A stretch of 64,000 bases of DNA, taken from contig JBHGNT010000016.1 in assembly GCA_043228905.1 (NCBI GenBank), positions 12,710,001 to 12,774,000 of the forward strand, given 5' to 3'. This document shows positions 1 through 12,619 of this stretch, one piece after another. The DNA is from Azolla caroliniana. Its lineage: Eukaryota; Plantae; Polypodiophyta. A program made the translations under genes and the position numbers. Position 1 is the stretch's first letter; each line of letters opens with the position of its first letter. A model generated the notes under the pieces. That model worked only from the letters and a program-made list of their open reading frames with translations, searched no databases and was not told the DNA's origin.

Positions 1-609
1 GAATGCGCGTGAACAAGGGAGTGCGTGGATGCACTCAAATATGCTTTAATGTATAAAAACGTGTAAATAACATAGGATTAGTAAATACTAGGGACTAGGA
101 TTTATTAAGTACTTTAAGTGTTCGCACGGATAGAGTGGAATATGGGAGTTTGACGCGAGGAGATCGAGGAAAATCTCTGTCTAGAGCGGCGGTTTAATTA
201 CCTGATGTAACAACCCTCTCTCTCCTTGGTTTATAAAGGGAGGGAGAGAGGACTGAGAGGGGGTATCGCGTTTTCTTTTGGGGAGGAGAATGAACTGATG
301 TCAGTCCGGGAATCGAGCACTTGCCCTCTGTCTTTGTATTCTCTGTGTGGTGATTTGTTCGGTCGGATGCCTCTGCTCGCGTAGGAAGCTCGTGTGCTCC
401 TAATAGAGGCTCCCCGTTGCATCTCAGTGCTCGCATGCATGCATTGTTCGTTGATCCCGGTAGAGTCAGTTGTGTTCTGTGCGGCCATGAGCCTAGAGTT
501 CCCGGTCACGAACCGTCTATCTCTTCTTCTTCTTCTTCTTTTACGCTCCTTGGTTCGAGGTCCCCGCTGTCCTGCCCAACTTCACACGCATACACGTAAT
601 TACACGACA
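1..609 (+). repeat. 5' LTR of tRNA-Trp-primed Ty3/gypsy element (family A), cut by window start
   Basis: Ends ...TACACGACA at 609, followed by a PBS and gag; TATA-like TTTATAAAGG near 230. Confidence 0.8.
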
Positions 610-615
610 TAACTT

Positions 616-633
616 TGGTGAACCCGACGTGAA
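616..633 (+). promoter_or_regulatory. Primer-binding site, tRNA-Trp
   Basis: TGGTGAACCCGACGTGAA is the reverse complement of the plant tRNA-Trp 3' end (TTCACGTCGGGTTCACCA, recalled); same motif on - at 7972-7989 and 17869-17886. Confidence 0.85.
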
Positions 634-657
634 ACATGCGGAAGAGGAGTTCCGAAG

Positions 658-860
658 ATGAGGGGAAGTGATCTCGCCAAAGCCATGACGGTAGCTGTTG
701 ACCCCCTAGTAAGCGCTCGTGAGGGCACGAGTGCCCTTGACAGGGCCATCGGATCGATTGTTGGCACAATAGGTCGATTTGGTGGGAAGAACGCGACAAG
801 TTATCTTGAGGCCAACCGGGCCGAGATGTTAATGAGGGACATCCTAGAGGACAGACGATT
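658..860 (+). pseudogene. gag: gag N-terminal fragment, family A
   Basis: SAREGTSALDRAIGSIVGTIGRFGGKNATSYLEA is homologous to ORF 41292-41627; breaks after EDRRL. Confidence 0.8.
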
Positions 861-869
861 GTGGGTGCT

Positions 870-1629
870 ACGGAGGAAGATATGTTTTGTAGTATGCCAA
901 TTTCTCTTGGAAGAAGTGTTCTGCAGGTACGGGTGCGTAGGATAAGTGATTGCGAATCGGGGAGAACTTGACTCTGATAAAGCTAGGGAATTCTTCGCCA
1001 AACATGGAGTACGGTTAACACTAACCAGGACATACAATCCGGAAGCCAACGGGAAGATAAAACGAGGACATAGTGCAATCATTAAAGCAATTGCAAAAGC
1101 ATGCGACGGAAGGGTGAAGAATTGACCGCAGATGCTTCCGCATGCACTATGGGCAGGTCACCCAACACATAGTTCCGTGACCGGTTATATGCCAACGGAA
1201 CTTATGACCGGCCAAGCACTGGTAATGCTGGTGGAACCCGCAATTGCGACATGGACAATCCTGCCATGGAAGGAAGGTATGAGCCGGGAAGAACTACTAG
1301 TGGTTCACATACGCCAACTAGAGAGAAGACCGGAAGACATAGCGGAAGCAATACGCCGACAACAAGAAGTGCGGTTCCTGAACAAAAGGCGATTCGACAC
1401 AAAGCACCGTCTACGACCACAGAAGATTGAAGAAGGAGATTGGGTGATAGTCTATGACAGTAGTTTGGATCATCAACACACAATGATCCGGAAATTCACT
1501 AAAAGGTGGTTTGGATAATACGAAGTTCGGAAAGTTTTTGACAACGGGACCTACCAACTAAGTGAGTTTGATGGAATAGTACTACGGGTGCCTATAGCGG
1601 GGAAACGGGTGAAGATTTTCAAGAAGTGA
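870..1629 (+). pseudogene. pol: Integrase C-terminal half (family B), within an inverted segment
   Basis: VVCQFLLEEVFCRYGCVG, YNPEANG, LPHALWA, KFTKRWFG; several stops. Confidence 0.85.
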
Positions 1630-1768
1630 ATTGACGACGAACCCTGCGTGACCTTAGAAAAGACCGTCAGTGAGGAGCAATAGGGGAATAGACAGAGGGT
1701 GATTCGGATGAAGAATAGTAACAAGCAAGTACTGGAAACTTTGGCACATACCGGAAGATGCGTAGGTT

Positions 1769-1940
1769 TGGAGGGGGTGAGTGTCATCGTGTACTTTGTA
1801 CACTACGTAAAATATGTGTGGAGTACCTGATTACTAAGTATAAAGAAATAGGAGAAAATACTACAATAATTATTTTACATGCATAAGACAAGATTTGAAC
1901 CTTGTACCTCCATGTTAACGATTTTAAGCTTTACCATAGA
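1769..1940 (+). repeat. PPT plus truncated 3' LTR of family B element
   Basis: GGAGGGGGTGAG then TGTCATCG at 1781; about 1797-1940 closely matches the reverse complement of LTR sequence at about 8475-8614. Confidence 0.8.
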
Positions 1941-2004
1941 TTGACATATTCGCATTCGTCGGGTTTCCCATTCGAATGCAAACGAATACGAATACGAATG
2001 GGTA

Positions 2005-2630
2005 GTCAAGTATTCAACCGCGTCGTACCACATGCATCGTTGGTCGACCGGAGACCTCCGGTCACGCAACTATCCCCCACTATCTCTCCAAGCCTGTGCC
2101 ATCTGGAGGTGACGTACCATCTTAGTTAGTTCTTCTAGGGCTGTGCCCCCGGATGGGCCCTTGTCAACGTCGGTTGGAACCACACCGGACTCGATCCACC
2201 TTTGTTCAAGCCGGAATCAGTTCTTCTAGCTTTTTCCCCGCTGCCGGGCCTACTGCCAACGGACCCGCGTCGCTCCACTCACGCCGCTTGTCGAAATGTC
2301 TACAGACCCTTTTTACCACGGCCCAATCAGCCGTGAGACCTTCATCTGTCTCTAGTAGGAGACCCACCTTCTCCCTATCAAGCAAGTTTACCGACTTGAT
2401 AAATAGGAGGACATGACTCGTATCGAGCATGGGCTTGTCCAATGCCGAGAGTCGAGCAAACCATTTCTCGAACTCTTGGAGGAGCACTGATGTGTTCCTC
2501 CCCTTCCCAGGGCTCTCAACCCACTCCATGAACTCCCGCTTTGACAGTCGAAGCGAGTCATCGAAACCATACCTCCCAGTTTCGGTAGCCAGCTTGACAC
2601 TCGAGCACCTCTGCGTGAATGCTCAGGGAC
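2005..2630 (-). pseudogene. gag: gag middle fragment, family A (inverted)
   Basis: MEWVESPGKGRNTSVLLQEFEK and RDRRSPVDQRCMWYDAV; homologous to gag at 40636-41300. Confidence 0.75.
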
Positions 2631-5600
2631 ACCTTCTACTTGGTTTGTCAGATCTTCCCGAGCTAATACCAAGTACTTCTTTTGTCCGATCCCGGTTGGC
2701 ATGGCCACAATGTCAACCATCCATTTGAAGTTGATTGTCGGATGTAATTCATCTCGGTATTGAACTCCAGAGTAGATTTGGCATTTCTCGCAGCTTCCTG
2801 TGAACTCCACTACATCTTTGTACATATTCTTCCTCCAATATTTTTGCTTGATCTTCGCAAATGTTGCCCATGTTCCCCGATGTCCAGCCCAATCAGATTC
2901 GTGAAATTCGGATATTATTTGATTTCGTTGCTCTTTTGTTCCAACTACCCACAATGGTATGCCATCCGGTTTTTTCGGCTCCCTCCAGATTAATCCATTG
3001 TTCAAGAAGAACTTCCAGACTTGCTGCTTCCTACTTTGGATCTCGACTCTCTTTTCCATATTGTCCGATGATTCCTCGATTTCTTGTAGCACCTTCCCGA
3101 TCATCATGGTTTCTCCCTCGTATTCGGCTTCCCGAAATTCTCGGATTACGTTCACCCGACATATGTGCTCTGAAGTAAAGTAGTTTTCGGAAACTTCTTC
3201 ATTATTGGATTCGGCTATGTTGTATCCGAACCATGCCCTCGACAGCATATCTGCTACCACATTGTCTTTTCCGGAGATGCGTCGTACCTCCGGATTAAGT
3301 GACTTTACATATGCAATCCATTTTAGCATAGCCATATCCGGTATCGTACAACACCACATCATCCCGAGTATCGGAAGACAATTCATTTCGATCACTACTT
3401 AAGCTCCGATCAAATAATCTCGATCGGATTTTATCACCGACACGACTCCCCATAATTCTCTTTTAACTTGTGCATATCCTCATTGCCTTTCGTTGAGAAC
3501 TTTTGCTCCAAATCGGATCAGATATCGTGAACCATCCGAGTCGACTTGGTTGATGACCCATCCGATCCCGGTCTGACTTGTATCAACCGTTACTATGATT
3601 GGTCAGTCATAGTTCGGTTTCTTAAATGCTTCTACCCTTCGTAGTGTTTTCTTGAGCTTCCTCATGGCTTTGGTATGTTCCGGCCTCCATTAGAACTTCG
3701 TACCCTTCCGCAGCAAGGGATAGAGTGGGTCCGCAATGTGTGCATATTGTGGAATCCATATGTGATAAAATGCACATGTACCAAGAAATCTACGGACTTC
3801 GGATTGTGACTCGCATATTTCTTTCATACCTTGAATCGCATCGATCTTGACTGGTGACGGTCTTTGGCCATAGGGCCCACATAGATGTCTGACTACCAAT
3901 ATCTCTTCTTGTCTGAATGCCGATTTCTGTCCTGAGAGTAGCACTTTCTTGTAGTCACGAATATGGTCAACTATGAACTTTCAGCATCCTCGATCATCCA
4001 TAGTCTCATCTTTTTCTTCCACCCCACATCCTTTCATCGGAATGTCATCTAGGAACAACATTGTTATCTTCGGAGTGCAGTCTCGCAGCACCTTGTTCAT
4101 TGCATTCATCATATGTGCGACCGCGTTTGTTGCTCCTTGTGGTAGCGTGCACATCCGGACTAATCCTATTGGTGTTCACATTGTAGTGATATCTTGACTC
4201 TCCACGGCTAGTTGGAATTGCTCATACATGGAGTATATCGCGCGTCCGGCAAACGCTTCTGCAAATTCGTCCAATATCAGACCGACTCTAGAGTTCTGGA
4301 TCGTGACCTTGTTCACCGGTTGCAAATCTTGAATGAATCGGAGTGACCCATTCTTCTTGGGAACTGTAAACCATCTATTTGAGTACGGAGCGTTTGATGG
4401 CTCTAGAATCCCCATCGCCACCTTCTCCTTGAGCAAGTCAATGATTTTTGGAATATGCGCCCGTGGCACCAGAATTAGCTTTAGGTTCCACGACACATGA
4501 TCAATCGAGAAGATCACCATGAGTTCTAACATCTTCAGATCAATGCACCCTATCTCTCTTGATGTGATTGTGAATGCTTTTCCATGGTTCTCCAACATCT
4601 CATGAAATCGTTCTTCTTTGTTCCATAAGAGGAACCCACCTTCACCGATCTGAAGTTTCTTCCGGGTCTCATTCGTGAAGGCATGTCTGATATCCATGGA
4701 CTTCCGAAGTGTCAGATCTCTTGAGACTTCTTTCCTCTTTTGTTCGCTATTGGCGGGTAGCAGTCCCGCGGATGGTTTCACCTTCTTTTCCACAGTCTTA
4801 TATTTTGTACATACCATTGCTTCTTCTTTGTGGAGCGCATCTGGCCCCATTTTCGCAATGATCTCGTACATCTTGACCGATTCCACCGGCACTACCTAGT
4901 CTCCCTGGCTATTCTCTTCTGCAAGCTCTTCAAGCCATTGTTGCGTGCTCCCATAGAACACTTCTTCGACTACTCCCACAATTTCTTCGTCTTCTTTTAT
5001 GATTGATGCAGACCGTGACTCATCTTGCACCTTTCGGAATTCTTTCTTCATTACTCTGGTTATGGCCGTGTATGTAGATTCCCCATCCAGACCAATTCAT
5101 ACTTGTTTTGCTCCGAGAGTTTTCATCTTGTGTGGGGTATCAGGGCTTCTCGGACTATCACTTCCCCACTCCGCAATAGTCCACTTTAAAAATCCATTTT
5201 TGTTTGGGATAAGAGCTTTCTCTTGTTCCTTTCGTGATTCGATGGCACAGTTAGAAATTGGATGGTTTTCCCTCTGGTTTGGTTCCGAATTCATGCAAAA
5301 GCTGCTCCACTATCAAGCACCTTTGTCTCCATCCGTGAAGCCGTGATAAAGGGTTGCCCGAGGATCACGGAATGTGAGACCTCATCTTGAACGAAGAAAT
5401 TTTGGTCAATCTCCACATCTCCGACCTTCACAGTCACATCCGGACAAGCTGCAAATAGATCTTCCGTGGCTTTTGTGGTTGCCCGGATCTTCCACCCATG
5501 GCTGGTGTTTATAGGCCACTTCCCCTTCCGGTAGAACTCCTTGGACAAAATTGATCTCTGACCCGTGATCAATCAATGCTAGTACGAGCTCTTTGATGTT

Positions 5601-8600
5601 TCCGATTCGGACTGGAGTCTCCGTAGTTGCGCGTACCTAGTGTGGCCTTGTGTAGTGGGAGTTCGGAATTTCATCCTCCACTTCCGTGTCGTTCATTAGA
5701 ACGGTATTCGCATTCACCCTTGGAACATTTTCCTCCATAGTTTGTCTCTTTCTTTTTATGAGATCCACAAGAAGATCGTGAAACTCCTTCTTCGCTATTC
5801 CAAGTAGTTCCTAGAGAGAAAATTCCACCCAAGTATCAAGGATTCTCTCTTCGAACACCTTCTTTAGGTACGTCCATTGTTCGATGTCCGAAGTGAGTTT
5901 GAATGCCGGAATTGTTTTTCCTTTCCCCTTCCCTTTGGAGTTCAAGCTCTCTGGTGTCTCTGATGGCCCGACCACATCATCTGTGCACCGTCGTTTCTCA
6001 TCTACATACACCTCATTCAATTGACATAACGCATGTATGCTATTCTTATCTACGGGGCACTCCCATCCCGTAGCTTCCCGGATGCCTTCCGCAGTGCTCT
6101 AGATTTCATCAAAGTCGGCTTTCTAAGAGATTTCTAGCACTTCCGGCCAAAAAGATGCCTTTGCTCCAGATGACTCCCCCACACGTATTCCCGTGGTTGT
6201 CGCATAATTGCTTTTCGCCACTATCTCCTCCTCTACGAACTTCTTCATGCCACTTTTTCGGAAGTTCGGCCGGAGTGGCTTCCGAGAGTCCATCAAATGA
6301 ATCCAATTTCCCTCGTAGTAGATAAGATCCTGTTGTAGCGCCTACTTGTGCTCATCACAATCCTTCCGATCATGTTCAGTACTATCGCACCATATGCACC
6401 AACGGTCCATATACTTGGAACTTGTGGGATGGTCTTCCGACTTCTTCATCACTACGATTTTCAGATTCTCCATCTCCTTCAGCAACTGCTCCACCGTGGT
6501 TGCATCGATTCCCTTCTCAGTCGTAGTCTCCCGAGCCCATGGTTGATGTTCTTCCAATCTGGATCTTGGTTTCCGAATCGGTTCTGAAACCCTCTTTTCT
6601 TCATTACCAAGCCATTGTCCCCTTTTTGTGTAATCGCGTGACAATGTCCCGCACGTTTTCCCATGTATTGGTGAGGCCACTCTCAATACTCGTGTCCTCT
6701 AGAAGCACTCCAAGGTCTTTCCGGTCCCGGACGTCCACGGCTCGTAAGAACATGATAACTTTGTCTGGTGCGAGGATAGCTCGATCTCTTGCAGACAACC
6801 TCCCGAATCAACTTTCGAATGCCGAAAACACATCGAGGACCTTCAACCCCTTGTCCGACGTTTCCACCCAATCTTCGAATCCCCTCCGCGTTGCATTGGA
6901 AGAGTCCTCGATAGCGAACATGGTCTTCAACGGTTCTTCAAATGCTTCCCACGTCAGATTTTTTTGTTGTATCTTGTGGATACTCCCTTGAAGCCCGTTC
7001 GTAGCCACCCGATTGAAGGATGTCACTTGCAATCCATCTGATATTCCACACCGTAGCATCTCCGCCTTGTAGTCCCGCAAATAACGTTGTCGAGCCTTTC
7101 GGCGCTGGATCGTTGTGTGAGTCGGGTGGGAACCACTGAGGTTTTGGACTAGGAGAAGAAGAATATGAGATAGTTTTTGTTACGAATAGATTGCAAGATG
7201 GAGATGTGAAACTCGTGAATCCCACGAGTATAATGTATTAATGGATACTTAGATTGTAAGAGAGAATTAGATGGTAAAATCGTGAATCCCACGAATATTT
7301 TGTATTAATCAATCCTTATAAAAAATCAACAACCCCTATACATCTTCCTCTCTTCCTTATATAGTGTTGGAAGAGTCTAAGTTTATCACATGCAAGCATC
7401 ATGCTTTTCCTAACTTTAGTTTTCATGCACACTGCATGTGCATGATTAGCTTTCTATCTCATCTTTTTCCTTTTTAACTCGAGTGTGTATGCATGAATAA
7501 CTTTTTGTACCATGCATATCTAGAATATTTACATGGGATAAAGTTTAGTATAACTTTAAAATTCATAATATGCTAGTATGGTGGTAAGGCTTAAAAATTG
7601 TTAACATGGAGGTATAGGGTTCAATCTTTTCTTCTATTTACAAATTTGTTTCTTCATCCGGTGAGAGACTCTCACTGGCCTTCTTTATCCGCTCTTGCCG
7701 GTTCTGCTTGATCCGGTTCTTACCGGTTCCTCCATACTGATTCCTCTTTGCCGGTTCCATCTGGAGGGACAAAATGCGATTTTCACGTAGTGTGCGAATT
7801 ACACTACGACAACGTGACACATCCTTCCCATTGAATTGCCCATTCCGTTGCACGAGCCGCTCTACTGCCGCCGCAATCTCCGACATCGCGTGTTGTTCTT
7901 GTAACATCTGTTTGAACATTGTCATCATATTGTTAACCTCTTGTTGATTTTCCATCTCCTTGCCACCCGTTTTCACGTCGGGTTCACCAAATTGCATCAA
8001 AACCTTTCAAATGAGTCGGGTGGGAACCGTTGGGGTTTTGGACTAGGAGGAGAAAGAATTTGAGATGAGTTTAGTTATGAATATGAATAGATTATAAGAA
8101 AGAAAGATATGAAACTCGTGAATCCCATGAGTATAGTGTATTAATTAATGTTTAGGAAAGAATATGAATTTAGATTGCAAGAGAGAAATAGATGGCAAAT
8201 TCATGAATCCCACGAATATAATATATTAATCAACCCTTATAAAAAAATCAACAACAATATACATCTTTCTCTCTTCCTTATATAGTGATGGAAGAGTCTA
8301 AGTTTACCACATGCAAGCATCATGCTTTTTCTAACTTTAGTTTTCATGCACACTACATGTGCACGATTAGCTTTTTATCACATCTTTTCATTTAACTCGA
8401 GTGTGTATGCATGAATAACTTTTTCTATCATGCTTATCTAGAATATTTACATGGGATAAAGTTTAGTATGAGGGTATAGGCTTAAAATCATTAACATGGA
8501 AGTACAGGGTTCAAATCTTGCCCTATGCATGTAACATAATTATTTTGTAGTATTTTCTCCTATTTCTTTATACTTAGTCAATCGGGTACTCCACACATAT

Positions 8601-8614
8601 TTTACGTAGTGTAC
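2630..8614 (-). mobile_element. Degenerate tRNA-Trp-primed Ty3/gypsy element (family B): 5' LTR, PBS, gag, PR, RT, RNase H, integrase N-half
   Basis: LTR about 7993-8614; PBS 7972-7989; gag CIWCDSTEHDRKDC; PR IDHGS; RT FIQDLQPVNKV and FLDDI; integrase GHRG and LAREDLTNQVEG; many stops and frameshifts. Confidence 0.9.
7088..7811 (-). mobile_element. Solo LTR (family B-like) inserted in gag
   Basis: TGTCG...CGACA termini; 4-bp TSD ACGT (7084-7087, 7812-7815); removing it restores gag DVSRYLRDYK. Confidence 0.9.
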
Positions 8615-10075
8615 CTATGGAATGGGCGGGTGCACGTGTGTGAGACCTGGAAACCCCTGGAATTTAATACCGGTCGGTGCGGGATGAAACGATTAATGGA
8701 AGAAGCCGCGGCGCGACACGCCAAGGCCGTCTATTATTTGATGTCGGCAGGTATCCGGGTCAGGGGCGATGGCAGCCTCAAACCAAAAGACTCAGGGTTC
8801 TAGCCGTTGGTGCTGAAAGGCCTTTCCGGAGTGCGGTTGAAAAAGGAGGAAGTGAACCACGTGGACAAGCGGGTCTGGGAGGTTACGGGATGGGACGATC
8901 CAGTCGAGGAAAAGATCGGAGAGCCATTACATAAGACCGCAACAACTACGGAGACCCCCGTTCGGATCGGGAACGTCCAAGAACCAGTGGTGGCCTTGAT
9001 AGATCATGGATCCGAAATCAACCTGATGTCCATGGATTTCTACAAGAAAGGGAAGTGGCCGATCAATACCAAGCATGGGTGGAAGATACGTGTAGCTATG
9101 CGTGCCACGAAAGAGCTACATGGGACATGCCTGAATGTCCGGGTGAAGATCGAGGACGTTGAGATAGATCAACATTTCTTTGTGCAGGAAACGTCCTCAC
9201 ATCCGGTGATTTTGGGCGAACCTTACATCACGGCTTCCCGCATGGAGACTAAGGTGTTGGACAACGGTTCGGCGTACGTGCGAATGAAGAGCCAGGACGA
9301 ATGACATTCTTTCTAGTTTTTTACAATGAGACCGAACCATGAGTGTAACCGTGAGTCTCTCGGCTATCAAGGCGTGGGGCCGCGATAGTCCAGACACCCT
9401 GGAGAAACCCCACACTTAAACCATAGGTAGGAAGTTTTGGTTCTCTGAGGGCGGAGGTTGTACTATAACCGGCATCAATGGCCAGGAAAAGATATAGACC
9501 GAAGAGCATTTAAGGGCGTGCGGTGCAATTATCTCTCCGATGATGAGATTAGCGGTGCCGTGGAGGCGGTCTCGTTCGACGACACCCTTGAAGAAATCGG
9601 AAGGGTAGCTGAAGAAGGCCTAAGCAGAGACTGGGTAATTCCGATTGGTGTCGTGGCAATGTACGAAGTCATTGCGGACTTTAGAGAGATGGTCGGGTCG
9701 GATAGGACGGCTGAAGTTATCACCAAGTACAAGATTGTGGACTGGAAGGTGAGGCCAGTCGCGGCTCCCTTGATGGAGGGCATCGAGGAGCGGATGATGA
9801 GGGTCGAGTCAGACCCAATTTTATGGAATCCGGTCGACATTGGGCACCGGTTTACCGACGAGACACTACGGGAGCTGAAGATCGGTGGGGGTGGCTTCGT
9901 ACTGCAGGCGGAGGAGGACCGGTTTCGGAGCATGCTCGGAAGGCACGAGAAAGCCTTTGCATTCTCGCCGGGGGAGATCAGGTGCGTCGACCCGACAATC
10001 GTAGAACCGATGGTGATCTTCACTATACCATATGTACCATGGAATCTCAAACCGATTCCGGTTCTGAGAGCTCAC
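8609..10075 (+). pseudogene. gag-pol: gag C-terminus, protease and RT N-terminus, family A
   Basis: YLWNGRVH, ALIDHGSEINLMS, PWNLKPIPV; continues the gag interrupted near 2005. Confidence 0.85.
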
Positions 10076-10398
10076 ATAGAATGGCTTCACCCCCGTCCCA
10101 AGGGGGTTAAGTTAGAGAGAGAGCGAGAGAAAAAGACAAATAGAAAATGACATCAAATGAGAGGCCCTGGGGAAAAATATCTATCCATTATGTGCCCCAT
10201 AAGGGGTTTTTATAGTATATAATGTAACGGTAAATAATGATCGTTACAAAAAGACGACAAGAACACTCTTGTCACATGCACATACTTGTGCATGTGCTCA
10301 CACATACTCATCCTCACACACTCGTATACATATTGTATATTACACCACACCATACACATTACACCCTATTCATCTCGTACACCTATATGGATAACACC

Positions 10399-10440
10399 TG
10401 GCACGCTCGTGGGACAGTGCATTGCACGTCGGACCCACAA
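10399..10440 (-). promoter_or_regulatory. tRNA-Arg(UCU) 3'-half-like sequence at the PPT position (second PBS)
   Basis: - strand TTGTGGGTCCGA[CGTGCAATGCACT]GTCCCACGAGCGTGCCA, 2 nt before the LTR; similar to 49901-49940. Confidence 0.7.
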
Positions 10441-11289
10441 GCCCATGCTGAAAAAACTCTTGTTGACTGGAACTCCATCGATCTTCCCTCATGGTCGGAA
10501 ATTCCTCGACCGGATTATTGCTCGACGATTGATAACTTCGATCGGAGCTAGCTTGACACAAACCTTCTCGTTTGGTCAGCATAATCGCACAATTGGATTG
10601 CACACCAATCGGCTCGTCCATTGCGACATAGGTAGTGAAATCGGGTTGTGTGTATTCTCAGGTTACATAATGTGGGGTGAGTGTTTATATTTTACTCCCT
10701 TTGGTTTTAAAATTTTGCCCTCAAGTTTTTTTTTTTTTTTTTGAGAGTTTTCGAAATTTCGTATCATACCCTTGAGTTTTTACAATTTTATCTTTTGCCC
10801 TCCGGTTCCTAAAATTGTGATAATGCCCTATGTTTCTGAAAATCTCTCTTTTCTCTTTCTTCGATTTTTTGAAATTCCCTTCTTCACCCTTGACTTTTCG
10901 AAATTATCCTCTCTGCCCTCAAATTTCTGAAATTTTGTGATTTGCCCTCATTTTTTGAATGCCCCTCTCTTCTTGCTTCAATTCTTCAATTCGTAATCTA
11001 GCCTTTCAGTTCTGGTGGATTGCGGCGATTGTGGTTACATCCAATTTATTAGCAATCTCATCATCTTTAATTGTATTTCTCTGCATCTTGCAACATCTTC
11101 TCAAAATCATACTACATACATCCACACTTGGTTTAGATCCACAAGATTCCATGTGGCATAAATGCAAATTTATGTTCAATCTGCTCGATTCCATTTGGTA
11201 TTGTCTTTTTCATCAATAGAATCCAGGCCAATCTTTGAGGCTTTTAACAAGCAATTACTTTGAGGAGGGGATGCTATTACGACCTTCGA

Positions 11290-12390
11290 GCATATTGATG
11301 TGTTATTCACTACATATAGGCTTCTACCATGGAAGGACTCTTTACTTGTCCATTCATTACTTTTCATGAAATCAATACTGTGAAAGTATTTTTAGAATCT
11401 AAGTCATTGAACATTAGAAGAATATAAAGTATGGATAATTCATATTTGGAGGCTAAGAACACGAACCAAGACCTTAGGAAGAAGTCAAAAGTAAAAGTAA
11501 GAGACCAAGAGAAAAGTAAAAAGAGAAAAAGCGGACCATAAAAAATAGTAAAAAAGGAATGGACATAACTCCTTCGTGTGTGACCCAAATATTATGTTTA
11601 AATATGGGTTAGAAACCTTGTAAAGAGAGCTATCTATAGATTTTTAAATCACTAAATTTGGAGCTATGATGGAGGAGATATGACGATTAGAAGGTCGTTG
11701 GGTCTTAGCTAAAAATAGGAGATAAAAAGCTTCTAAAAATAGCGTGAACAAGGAAGAAGAAGAAAATTATAAAAGAAGTGAAAGGAACAATAAGAGAAGG
11801 AACTAATAGGGAGAGGATCCTAATAGAGGAGAGGGAGTCTTAGGAAGAGTGGATGAGGATCCTAAGAGTGGAGGAGGAGTCTTAGGAAGAGGTGTCTTAG
11901 TGGAAGAGGAAGTGTCTTAGAAGAGGAAGGTCTTTGGTTTTAGTGGACTTTATCTCCTTTGTATTCTCTTGATAGTGGAATATGAGAACATTCTTATTTC
12001 TTGCTCATCTTCTCAATCTTTTTTCTTAATTTCTTGAGTCATTCTCTCTAATTTGTAGATACCTTGATCTATATAATATATTATGATTCATAACTCCATC
12101 TAATCGGTTTGGTGAAGCCCCCATATTGTGTATAACTATCCTTTGTCTTATACACCCTATCAAATACCAACAATCAGATTTGAGGATTCTAGACCTGCAT
12201 TTCTTAATGCCTTCGTCATCCGTCCAACACTGTTATAGTCATCACCAATATAAGAGTACTGCCTTGAAAGATTCTTCCCACTTTCATATTGTTTTATGGA
12301 CTTGGTTGACGAAGAAAATTGTTTCTTTATAGAAGAAGTCCAACTGTCTCTAGATGAGAAGGAAGATGAATTTGATGAATTTCCTCCCAT
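11290..12390 (-). pseudogene. RGLG: Captured 5' fragment of an RGLG-type E3 ubiquitin ligase (copine/vWA region), split by a solo LTR
   Basis: MGGNSS...YSYIGDDYNSVGRMTKALRNAGLESSNLIVGI joined to DFMKSNEWTSKESFHGRSL; matches the recalled RGLG motif GLESSNLIVGIDFTKSNEWTG. Confidence 0.85.
11379..12162. mobile_element. Solo LTR of an unrelated family
   Basis: TG...CA ends; 5-bp TSD AATAC (11374-11378, 12163-12167); excision restores the RGLG frame. Confidence 0.85.
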
Positions 12391-12619
12391 AATTTGGCTA
12401 AAGAGAATGAGTTCAATCGTAAATTCAATGACTAAAATTTATTTTGAGATGAGATTATGCAGGTAAATCCATGTCTTGACAATGAAGCAAGAGAAAATCA
12501 CTGTGTGGACTCCCAATGATAATAAACTTCTGCATAAGGAGAAGCTCCATTGAAACACGTTAAAGGCTAAGAAAATGCATAGGGATGGGGCATATTGTAC
12601 TTCTTCCTCTTTCTTCTAG

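Noticed and set aside
11379-12162. Intron in the RGLG fragment
   Set aside because: Splicing at the apparent GT...AG would shift the frame, whereas TG...CA ends and an AATAC duplication fit a solo LTR exactly
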